DNA from: Paramoeba atlantica
Lineage: Eukaryota > Protista > Discosea
Reading direction: 5' to 3'
DNA length: 64,000 nt
NCBI GenBank assembly: GCA_977017575.1
Contig: CDRNVI010000164.1
Coordinates: 430,399 to 494,398 of the forward strand
This document shows, piece after piece, positions 36,352 to 47,600 of this stretch. The position numbers and the translations under genes were made by a program. Positions within the stretch are counted from its first letter, which is position 1; the number at the start of each line of letters is the position of its first letter. The notes under the pieces were generated by a model. The model worked only from the letters and a program-made list of their open reading frames with translations. It was not told the origin of the DNA and did not search any database.

Positions 36352-39300
36352 ATGGAAGGCCAAACAGCTGACCCCTCGAATATTGAAGACTTTGAATTTG
36401 ATCTCTCTGACCGGGAAGAAGATGGAGCAGGCAAAGAAGAAGACGTGGATTCTGGAGAAGACTTTTTATTGGAACCGGAGGAAAACAAAATAGAAGAAGG
36501 AGGAATCGCCGCCGAGCCAATAACATCTGAACATTTTCAATCAGAAGAAAAAGAGAAAAAAGAGAAAGTAGAGGAGAAAGAGGAAGAGAAGAGTGCGAGT
36601 GCAGAGGGATCACTCGATCGCGGAGAGGGATCACTCGAGCTCGGAGAGGGATCACTCGAGCTCGGAGAGGGAGACCGTCTCAGCAGCCAAACCGGCTCTG
36701 GGGATGATCAAGGTCGTCAGTCTCTCCCTAGTTCTTCTGATCATGGAAATCACGTGACTCCCAAGTCCGACGTTCGAGATGATCTTCTTCCTTCTTCGAA
36801 ACAGGTCGGAAGAGATACCATTTCGAAAGTGGGTGGTGGGGATGATGATCGTCGTGAAATAAGTGTGAGCGTTGATGGCGATGATGAAGAGGTGGATGAT
36901 TCAAGAGGTGTTCAACCACCAAATGAAGATGATGATGAAGATGATGTTTCTGTTGTTGTTCATGAAGAGCGACGATCGACAAAATCACCCCCCATTTCTT
37001 CAAAGATGGTATCATCTGCACCACCGACAACAAAGAAAACAACGACGACAACAACAACAATAACACCACCAACAATCCCCTCTCCTTCTCAACAGCCCCA
37101 AATATCAGTTGAACCTCCACCACTTCAACAATCTTCATCAAACGTGGCACAATATAAAAAAACATCCGGTAAGCAGCCCCGTCCAATGCTCGGAAATGCC
37201 AGATCTGTACCAGCTGTTGCAGCACCACCACAATCCAATGCAGCAGCACCTCCACTTGGATCAGTGGATCTCTATGAGCCGCGATTTCCTGATCAGGGAA
37301 ACCATAGCATGCCACTTGTCTGTTTAAAAAGGCTTTTCTCACCTTCTGACAAACCTGATGGGGGTAGCACGGCGCCTCCGGTCACCAAAGTAGAACTTGG
37401 AGTTGGTAGCACCTATATTGGGAGAGGTCCCTTTTTAGGGGTGACAGAAGTTAAGTGTAGCCGACGTCAACTGATCCTCCGAGTTGAACCCCCAACCTTA
37501 CACAGAGATCACTCGTCGTCTCGGAGGGAAACTCTTTGTCCAGTTTATTTGACTGCTATTGGCGTAAATCCCTCTGTACTTCACCGAGTTAATCAAGAAG
37601 CAGTCATTATGAATCGTGATGAACCATATTTGTTGAATGATGGTGATCGATTCTCTTTACTCGTGAACCCTCCAGTTGTGTTTCGTTGTGATTTTATCAC
37701 AGAAGAACCACCACCTCACCAACAACATCCTCCTTCTCAACAGATTTCACCACATAAAAAAAGAGAGAAAACACACAGACGGTCATCTTCAAAGAGTGAG
37801 CGTGGCGATGGTGTTGGCCGTCATAAGAGTACTGAATCATTAAACAAGGGTTTGACTGATGCCCCCGCTCCTTCTCGAGGATCAAACACCAGTAGAAATA
37901 AACCAGGAGGATCGACAAGAACATATACCGCAAGTCCAGTAACAACACGAGCACCCTTCAAACCTGGACCCATTCCACCTCCTCCAGACAATCCCGATAT
38001 CGATTTAACTATTACACCAAATACTCCTTCTATCATTAGTGGGATTGTTAATCTCTTTTCAACCGCCTCGACTGACCCAAAAAGAAAGAGTAGTTCACCT
38101 ACACGAACTGGTGCGTCTTTATCAGGGAGCGGAGGAGGGGGAGGGGGATACCCAATCAAGTCTCTTTCTCTCACTCGCAAAGAGGTAATGGAGGAGGTTG
38201 AAAATTTTCAAGGTTCCACCGGAGGAGGGAGTCGATCTTCTCGTAAATCAAGAGGAAGACCTCCCGCGAATAGTGGGAAGAAAAGTGGAATTGACCTTGG
38301 TTGGGTGGCAATCCCGAAGGAGAATGAGGCTGATTTTAGAAAAGATTCCGTTGGGGCTCCAGAGAATAGCTCGAAAATGAGGAGAAAGAGTCATATAAAA
38401 CAAAGGGATGGAGTCAGTTCCCCTGAAGGTGTAGAGGAACTTGCTGGCCTCTCTGATCTTGATAGTGATGAGCTTTCTGCTCTTCAAGCTGATATCCGTG
38501 CGACTGCAAGTGAACTTGCAGGTAATTATTTTTATTTTTTTAAATCATTTTTTTTTGTGACCAAAAAAAAAAAGAAACCTTGTGTTCATTTTTGTGTTTA
38601 TTTTCTTTTTTTTTGATTTACAGGGATAACGAAGGATGATTCAGAAGATGACCATTTCCCGGATCAGATCACAGGTGAATCATCAGAAGAAAGTGGAGGA
38701 TCTAAAGTGATGGGAGTTGATAAACTCAGCCCAACCCAAGAAAAACACAAACTCCTTCGAATGAAGAAACTTCAAGAGAAGCAGCAAAGTGCTGCTGCGG
38801 GAGGAGGTTCAGGAACAACTGGTTCTTCTTCTTCGACTTCAGCTGCAGATGCAAAGAAAAAGACTCAAATGTTGATTGAATCTTACCGTTTGGGTCATCA
38901 AAAGACTCTTTCCATCAAAGATTTTGTGGTTTAATTTCTTTTTTCTTCTTGTTTCTTTTTGAATTTTCTGTATTTTTTTTCTTGGTGTTTTCTCTCTTTT
39001 CTGAATTACATTTAAAATAGAATCCTAAATGGGATACAACACAATCAATCCCAGGAAAAGCACCAAAATGGGATGCTGACGAACTGATCCACAATTGTTG
39101 TTTGTGTCGCTGTGAGTTTACATGGGTCGAACGAAAACATCACTGCCGCCTTTGTGGTAAAATTTTTTGTGAAGCTTGTTCTTCTTTTAGGTATTTTCTT
39201 TTCTTTTTTTGAAATTTTCCAAAATGGTGTTTTTTCTCCCCCAGATTTGCCAATTTTTTTAATTCAAATTGTATCAGAATCGATTTGCCCAACACTTTTG

Positions 39301-42195
39301 AAGAGCATGCTGGCAACCAGCGAATCTGCTTTCGATGCCACAGCGCATACTCACCAATCGCTGAAGCCACAAAACTTCGTCTTTTCGAAATCACAAAAGC
39401 AATTGGGCTTCATGAAAAGCCACAATTTTTGGCTCATGTATTTTATACGTGGACATCATCGCCAACTCCAATCAGAACATTGGGTCTTTTGATGGTTGGA
39501 AAGTATAGATTAATTTTATTGACTCCTTCTCCTGATGCTGCTCACGAAATGAGATATATTTGTGATTTGCGTCAGATTAAGAGGTTCTTTTTTTTATTAT
39601 TATTATTGTTTTCCCTTCATTTTTCTTTCTGTTAGTTTGTGTTTTTTTGTTTGGGTTTTTTCTTGTTAAATTTGTTTGTTATTGACTTGATTTTTCTTTG
39701 TGCACAACAGTTCACACCCAGAGGAACTTGTTCTTGAATTTCGCAAACTCTTTCGGTTTTTCTCTTCATCTGAACCTGAAAGTTCGTCTCTTTTTTTTGC
39801 TGATTCATTTTTTGTTGATTTTTTTTTCATTTCTAATTTTTTTTTTAGTCCACCAACAAATTCCACTTATCTCCGATCTCAAATTGGAAACTCCACGAGC
39901 TGCTGATGCAATTCGGTTTTTTCATCTTTTTCAAATTTAATTCTCTTGTCTTGTTTCCCCATTATTTTCTTCGGACAACAAAGTCTTAACCTTGGGTAAA
40001 CAGAGCTATCTGTGATTCTTTTTTTGCACTTGTCCCACCATTTGATTTGTTTCTTCGTATTTGTGCTGAGCATGCTCTCCCCCTGAAAGAGCACGTCCTT
40101 CAAAAGAAAGATGAAAAGTTCTTTTTTTAAAAAATTGATATTTTTTTTTTTTTTTATTTCCCCTTCATTTTTCTTTTCTTTATTCTCATCTTTTCCTTTT
40201 TTTTGTTTAGATCGGCACTCGTCAGCAGATACATTGCAATGAGTGATTATGTTTCAACAATTGCCAATTCCAATATTGCACTGTTATTATCCAACAAATT
40301 AGAAACAAAAGATACTGTGCTTAACTTGGACGCTCTCCCAACAGAGCGGCAAGATTCAAATGAGGCTGTTGCCGTTGCTGCATGTCTTCGTGGATTAACT
40401 TCCTTCACTCATGTCATTTGTACAAAATCACCACGCCCTGTCCCATTTGTTTGTCACGCATTAAGATTTTCAACCCGGATCACAACCCTCCGTTTGGTAT
40501 CACGCCACTCTGAAATTGAGGAACTTGGGCGTGCTATGAAAGCGAATCCATCAATGCCTTTAAAGCATTTGGATTTGTCAGGGTCGTCATTGAATAATAT
40601 CAACTCAGTTATTTGGTTAGCTGGTGGGATCCGCTTATTAACAAGTGGACTCGAACATGTAAATTTCTCCAATTGTTCTTTGACTCCAAAAGCGGTGGCG
40701 TTCTTAATTAATCGAGGATTGGAATCCAATCCAGAAATCGAGGCCCTTTCTTTCTTTGATATGAGCCACAACGAATTCGGCCATAACGGAACAGAATCTC
40801 TGAGTCGATTATTAAAATCAATAGCGCAAAAGAATGGTGGTAATTTGAAGCAACTGAAATTAGGGGATTGTCGTCTTGATATGAAGCAAATTGTTCCCTT
40901 TTTGGGTGCGCTTCTACACTTGGAATTGTTGAATGTTTCTGGAAATGTATTTGGGACAGGGAATGTGGGCGGATTTTTGTCAGTTTTGCGAGAGAGATCT
41001 GCCCCTCTTTCGACTTTAAATGTCAGTGGTTGCAGTCTTTCACCAGATGAGGTACTGTTCTTTTTTTTAAAAAAATTTACTCTCTCTCTCTCTCTCTGTT
41101 TCTTCTCCGATGCCATTCTTCTTGTTCCAAAAGAAGCTTGCTAATCACAATAATAATAAAAATTTGATAGGTAAGCGTGATCACACACGGATTCCTTTCA
41201 GCACCTCGTTCACAAACATCACAAAATCGATACAATCTCAACATCGGAAAGAATCAGCTTTCCTCTCGTCTCTTTCCTTCTGTTCCAGCAGGAGGGGGAT
41301 GTTGGAAGCTGGAAACTCTTGATTTGTCTAATTCAGCTCTTCTTCCTCGTCTCTTTTCTGCAATTGTTCGCCGTCTTTCTTCTCCTGATATGCAAGTTCG
41401 TACACTTGTCCTCCACAATGCTCTTGCACCTCCAAGTGGTAAGTTTCTTTTTTTTTAATGTTTTATCGATTGAAAAAACAAACAATAATGGAGAAGAATA
41501 AGAATCTCCCCAAGTTAAAAAATATGAACCTTTTTCTTTGGAGAACAATTTTTTTTGATATCTTTTCTTTCATTTTAGATGTTGAAGCGATCACTCTTGG
41601 TCAACACTTAGGGTCTTTAGTGATGGGATCCCCTCATCTCGTTGCCTTAGTTCTTTCTGGTTTCTTTTTCATTTTCTCTTTATTTTTTTCTCTTTGTTTT
41701 TCTCTTTTTCTTTTCTTTTTTTAACAATCAATTGTTCTAGGGGGATATAGTTTAGCATTTTTGGTTTCTTTTCTTGATTCAATCGCTTCCAACAAAACCC
41801 TTTGTGATCTGGATCTTCGTGCAAATGGAGGTGGTGATACTCTCTTGTTTCATCTCGCCCAGTTTTTACAGACAAACTCTTCACTTCTTTCTGTGTATGT
41901 GGACGAAAATGGAGCAACAGATAAAGGATGGCAAGCTTTAGCTCTTGTATTACAAACATCGAACAAAACTCTTCAACATATGGGATTTCCTTGGAAAGAT
42001 TTCCACGAGCGATTGTCCTTGAGAGGTGCAAGGGGAAAAAGAGCAGCTGTGGATCGGGATATTCGAAATTCTTCTTGGGCGAAATTCCACAGCGAAGCTC
42101 AACAAGTTATGCAACGATTGTACATTCATCGGTGTCAAATGCGTGAACCATTTCAAAGTGGGTTGGAGAATATTTTGGATGAATCTTTTTGGTGA
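36352..42195 (+). CDS. Multi-domain protein: acidic IDR, PNKP/aprataxin-type FHA, FYVE finger, PH-like domain and CARMIL-like leucine-rich repeats
   Basis: FHA: [42 protein letters not shown]: [39 protein letters not shown]-like: [12 protein letters not shown]. LRRs: [66 protein letters not shown]. Linked by GT-AG introns; stop at 42195. Confidence 0.75.
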
Positions 42196-42537
42196 TGAGT
42201 TTATCTTTTTTTTTGTTTGTTTGTTTGTTTGTTTGGGGTGTTGGTGGTGTGTTGGTGGTGTGTTGTTTTGGGTATGAATGTATCCTTCCTTCTTTTTTTG
42301 ATTGTCTTCTTCTTCTTCTTCTTCTTCTTCTCTTTTAATGGTATTGGATGATAATATTTAAAAAATGGTCATTGATGGTATCAAGGAATCTTCCAACAAA
42401 AAAAATAATAAAAAGAAACTTCCTTCTGATCTTAAAATTGATTCATTTTTTTTTAAAAAAAGAGAGTTTTTGGTTGTTTAGGAGATATTATTTGGGAGGG
42501 GGTGTTTGGAGGAGAAGAATTGGTTGATTGATGATGG

Positions 42538-43296
42538 TTAATCAGCGTGTTTTGAAAAGTAAAGACTCTTCTTTTCAGGATGAGGGATAATTGTATCAGA
42601 ACCAGGAGTCCAGTTCACAGGACAAACCTCTCCGTGTGTATCGACATACTGAAAACCCTTCACCAATCGGAGAATTTCAGGAACAGAACGACCAACAGGA
42701 GGATCATTCATTGAGAAATGTCGAAGAGTTCCTGATGGATCGATCAAATAGGTTGCTCTCAAAGTGTGTCCTGTCTCCCCATACAAAGCCCCGTATTGTC
42801 GAGAGATTGTGTGAGAAACGTCTGCCAGAAGAGGAATATTTAGTTTTCCTCCTAAACCTCCCTCTTTTCGACCAGATTGAATCCAGGCAAGGTGGGAATA
42901 GACAGAGTCAACTGAGATTCCTAGAACCTCTGTGTTGATCTCCTTGAATAATTGGTTTGAATCCGAGAATTCTAAGATCTCAGTCGGGCAAACAAAAGTA
43001 AAATCGAGTGGATAAAAGAAGAGAACGACCCATTTGTTCTTAAAGTCTGAGAGTTGGACTGTGTGGATTTCGCCATTGAGAGCAGCCTCTGTTCGAAAAG
43101 ATGGTGCAGGATTGCCAATTTGGGGGAATGGTGGAAGCCCTTTTCCCTCTTGTTCCTCCTCCTTTTGTTCTCCCTTGTCTTCTTCTCTCTCTTGTTGATC
43201 CATTGCTACATCTTCATCAAGCTCTTCTTGATCTTCCTTTGATTTTTTTTTCGGCTGTTGTCCAGGAACTTCCTCACCCTTCCTTTTTCTTGTCAT
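42538..43296 (-). CDS. Typical 2-Cys peroxiredoxin (Prx1/AhpC) with basic/acidic N-terminal extension
   Basis: FYPLDFTFVCPTEI, GGLG, GEVCPVNWTPG and C-terminal YF; ATG at 43296 (MTRKRK). Confidence 0.95.
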   Translation of the reverse strand: MTRKRKGEEVPGQQPKKKSKEDQEELDEDVAMDQQEREEDKGEQKEEEQEGKGLPPFPQIGNPAPSFRTEAALNGEIHTVQLSDFKNKWVVLFFYPLDFTFVCPTEILEFSDSNQLFKEINTEVLGISVDSVYSHLAWIQSGRKEGGLGGKLNIPLLADVSHTISRQYGALYGETGHTLRATYLIDPSGTLRHFSMNDPPVGRSVPEILRLVKGFQYVDTHGEVCPVNWTPGSDTIIPHPEKKSLYFSKHAD

Positions 43297-43398
43297 GATG
43301 AAGAAGAAGAGAAGAAAAAAGAAACTTCTGCGCAAGAAGCGGTCAACGAGACTTTTGAAAAAAAAAAAACAACTGAATCAACACCCAATGAAACAATC

Positions 43399-43451
43399 CC
43401 ACGTCATCCAATCCTATTTTTTAGAAATCTAAAATTGTAATCCACGTCATC
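43399..43451. promoter_or_regulatory. Two CCACGTCATC (bZIP ATF/CREB/UPRE-like) sites in the peroxiredoxin/ZFAND divergent promoter
   Basis: CCACGTCATC at 43399-43408 and 43442-43451 inside the 275-bp head-to-head spacer. Confidence 0.45.
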
Positions 43452-43571
43452 TTTTCGCCGCTATTTAATCTCTGGCATTTCGTCAAAAACTTGTTTTGGT
43501 TTTGTTGTTGGGGTGTTTTTTTTTGGGGAAAGTGAAAAAAAAGGTTGGGAAAGTGAGACTGATTGAAAAGT

Positions 43572-44303
43572 ATGGCGAGTTCTGCAATGTTTTGTTTAAA
43601 AATTGTGATGGCTGGTGAATCTTTTGCTCTTGAAGTTCCTTCTTCTTCGTCAATAGATCAGTTGAAAGAAGCAATTTTCGGAAAAAGTCAGCTCTCTCCC
43701 GCTAATCAACAGTTGATCTTTCGGGGGAAAAAGCTGGAGACTGGTTCTCTTGAGCAAAATAAGCTCACAAAGAAAGCCACCCTAATGGTCCGAGAAATTA
43801 AATCAGAGAAAGCAGAAACAAAAGAAGAGAAAGGAGAAGCAGTTCTCTGTCAAGCGGGATGTGGATTTTGGGGGTATAAACAAATCTTTTATTTAATCTT
43901 TCAAAAGGAAAATCTTTAAATTGACTAAAATATTTTTTTTTTTTTACCAAAAAGGAATACACTGACGGATTCGATGTGTTCGAAATGTTACAACGAACGG
44001 AAATCTGCTGAAAAGCCTGTTGCCGAAAAGCCTGCTGCCGAAAAACCTTCTGAAAAACCTCAACAAGACACACCAATGGCTGACGCTCCTCCACCTGTTC
44101 CAGAGGTTGTTCAAGAACATCCAACAAGGTGTTATAAATGTAATAAGAGAGTTGGATACACAATTATTAAGTGCAGATGTGGGTACAGTTTCTGTGGAAA
44201 ACATCGTTACTCAGACCAGCACGACTGCCCGTACGATTATAAGGTGTTGACAGTGAAAGGTGAAAAGGTTGAAGCGGATAAAATTCGAAATAGAATCAAG
44301 TGA
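43572..44303 (+). CDS. Ubiquitin-like domain + A20 zinc finger + AN1 zinc finger protein (ZFAND/SAP family)
   Basis: UBL: SIDQLKEAI...[12 protein letters not shown]20: [10 protein letters not shown]|[12 protein letters not shown] across one intron. AN1: [34 protein letters not shown]. Confidence 0.9.
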
Positions 44304-44607
44304 ACATTAGAACAGAAATAAATAATGTACAGTGGGATGATCATAACACAAAAAAAAAAAACAAATATTTTTCATTTGAAATTTTTTGGTGTTTTTGGTG
44401 AATAACAACCCAAAAAGTCAAAACCCCTTTTTTTTTTGTAGGGCTCTAAATCTTTTCCGATCTTATCGCTTTTTCACACAAGAAAAATATTTCAATGTTA
44501 AAAAAGACAAAAATAGTGTTTTTAAAGTAGAGATTAATTGCGTGTTGGAGGTGGGCGCTCTTTTTTTTTTGCGTTTTTTTGTTTTGTTTCTTTGTTGGGA
44601 GTGAGGA

Positions 44608-47600
44608 ATGGGAAACCAGGCTTCTACCAATGGAACACATGAGTTAGAGGTTGGAAAGGGAAAGATTTTTATTGAAACAGGTCGTCCTATTACTTCTGAA
44701 GATGCTCTTAATATTTTTAAAGTTTTTCTTTTCGATTCTCTCTTTTTTTTTTTTTTCCAATTCGTCGAAAAGTTTGTGTCCTTCTTTTTCACATTTTTTT
44801 TTTCCTCTTTTTCAAAATAGAACTACCTTCCTGAAAATGCTGATCGATTGGATCGAGAAAACGCACGTCGATTTTTACAAGTTTTCTGATCTTTCTTTTT
44901 GTTTTTGTCTCAGAATTTTCTTTCATTGGAAAAGATTGTTGTTCATTTTTTTTTTGTTAAATTTTGTAGGATCTTGCTGAAGCAATTAACTCACCTTATG
45001 ACGAGACACTTGCAAATCAATTGTTTGATGAATGTACAGCAGAGGATGATCGCCTCATGTCTTTTCCAAATTTCAAAAAGATGATTTGGAGAACACATGA
45101 AAATTTGAAAGCAAGAAATGATGAACTACTGTTTGAACCAGAACCAGAGAAAGAAAAAAAAGATCGAGAAACAAAAATCTTTTTGAAAGCTTCTGGTCCA
45201 ACAAAAAGTGTACGAGAAGGTTTGTTCATTCAAAATTGTTCTTCAATCTTACCCAAAAACAAAACAAAACAATCTCTCTTCTTTTTTTTCTTCTTCGAGA
45301 AATCAAATTTGATTCACAAGAACCAATTTTTCCAAAAACAATAATAACAATAATAAGAACAACAATAATAATAACAAAAAAAAAAAATCTCTTCAGGTAG
45401 TAGCACTTCTTTCAAAGTTGGAGCAAGAGGAACAAGCCCTCGAAAAAAGAGAAAACACGCCGCTTCTGCAAAGGGATTGGGGGAAGTGAACAAGAATCAA
45501 AGTGGTTCTCTTGCTCCTCCCACTCGACATCGCTTTCAAATTAGCCCTTCTATGCTTGGTGATCCTTTTGAAAAGGTTTTTTTTTTTTTGAATGTTTTTG
45601 TTTTTTTTTGAATGTTTTGTTTTTTTTTCTGATTGGGTTTTTGTTTTGTTTTGTTAATGTTTTTTCGTTTTTTTGTTTTAAATGATGATTGACATTCTTT
45701 TTTATTTTGCGAAGACAAAAATTTTTGGGATTCCCTTGGAGAAAGCAGCTTTGAAAAACAAAAAGAATACACTTGTTCCATCCCCTTTGCTGCAAGCTTT
45801 TGAGTACATTGAAACGGCTCAGATTGGAAATTTCCTTGCCATTGAAGAAGAAGGACTTTATCGTGTTCCTGGAAGTCACCAGGTTTTTTCTTTTATTATT
45901 ATTTAACTCTTTTGGAAATCAACATTTCTTTTTTCTTTGAAGAACTAGTGTTTTCAAATTAATTTTAAAAAGATTATTTTTGTGGATTTTTTAATCTTTT
46001 TATTTATTTATTATTTATTCTTAATAGGCGTTTGTACAATATCGGCTTGATTATGATATGGGTAGTGAGGTCAATTTGAGTGAAGTTTGTGATTCTTTTT
46101 CTTTTTTTCTCTTTTTCTTCATATTCATAACAAACAAAAATATTTCTTTTTATTCATTGTCAATTTTTCAGGAAACAAATGTGGAAAATGTTGCTCTTTT
46201 GGTGATTAAATACTTCAAAGCGCTTCCAAGAAGTTTACTCTATCCTTTTGACACTGAATTCACGGCATGTCAAAAATCCGCAGGAACTGATCCTCTTGAA
46301 CTTATTCGAACACTTCCTGGTTTTTATTTGGATTCATTTATCTTTCTTTCTTTTTTCTTTTCTTTTCTTTTTTTTTTTTTTTGAGATTTTGTTTCTCTTT
46401 TTGGGAAGATTTGTTACTAAAAAAAGGTTTCTTTCTTTTCTTTTTTCTTTTAGACCTTCTTGAAAAGTTGTCAGATGCTGCTGTGGAAACACTTCGAGCA
46501 CTTGTGAAACATTTACGAGTGGTTATATCCCATTCAGAAAAGAACAAAATGACTTTCGCCAATGTCGAGAGGACCTTTGCGATTTGTTTAGGCCCAACTT
46601 TTGGGTGGCTTGTTGGTGTTTTAATTGAAAATGATCTTCTTCCTGATCCTCGTCCAATGCCAGAATATGTTGACGTCACAAAAGAAGAGAAAAAGGAAGA
46701 AGAGAAAGAAGAGAAGAAGGAAGAAAAGAAAGAAGAGAAGAAGGAAGAGAAGAAGGAAGAGAAGAAGGAAGAGAAGAAAGAGGAGAAAAAAGAAGAGAAA
46801 AAAGAAGAGAAAAAAGAAGAGAAGAAAGACAAGCAAGTTGCAAAAGAGGGAAATGGGGCTCCAAACGAGAACGAAAAAGGCTCGACGAGCAGTGGGGAGG
46901 AGAGAGTATCTTCTCCTGTCACTTCTTCTTGGGCAACGAGGTCTCCTGGTCAAACTTCACGTCCTGTCACATCAACAATTCTTTCTCCCCAACATGATCC
47001 CTCTCTTCCTCCTCCATTATCACCACGACCAACATCACCACCACCACCAGCAATACCAGCAACAGGAATACCACCACCACTCTCACAAAAACAACCGGGA
47101 TCATTGGCGAATTCGGCATCAGCGGCATCGCATTCAGGGATTGAACAACAACAACAACAACGAGAACAACAAGGACAACAACAGCAACAACCATTGGCTA
47201 AATCTTCTGGGACTACTAGTTGGACCAAATCGGGGGGGCCTTCGAGGAGTGTCAGCTCTGTTGCTTCTTTGACTGCTGTTAAGAAGGATCGTGGTGCTTC
47301 TGAGTCTGAGAAAGGTGCTGAGTCTCCTTCTTCTTCTTCTTCTTCTTCTTCTTCTTCTTCTGTTGCTGAAGATGACTGTGATGAGGTTTTTTTTTGATTT
47401 TTTTTGATTTTTTTGATTTTTGGTTTGTTTTGTTTGTTTTGGTGGTTTGGGTTTTGGTAGTTGTTTTGTTTGTTTTGTTGTTTGTTGTTTTATTGTTCCA
47501 GAAGATTTGGCCAATAGTTGTTGCTGTAGTTGTTCTCATTTGATTTTGAGAATGATCCCTCCTTCCTCTTTTCTTTTCCTCTCTCTTCTTTCTTTTAAAT

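Noticed and set aside
46677-46830. 12-bp GAAGAGAAGAAG-type repeat (EEKK) and similar EESK/poly-S runs elsewhere
   Set aside because: Ordinary coding low-complexity tracts, abundant throughout this genome.
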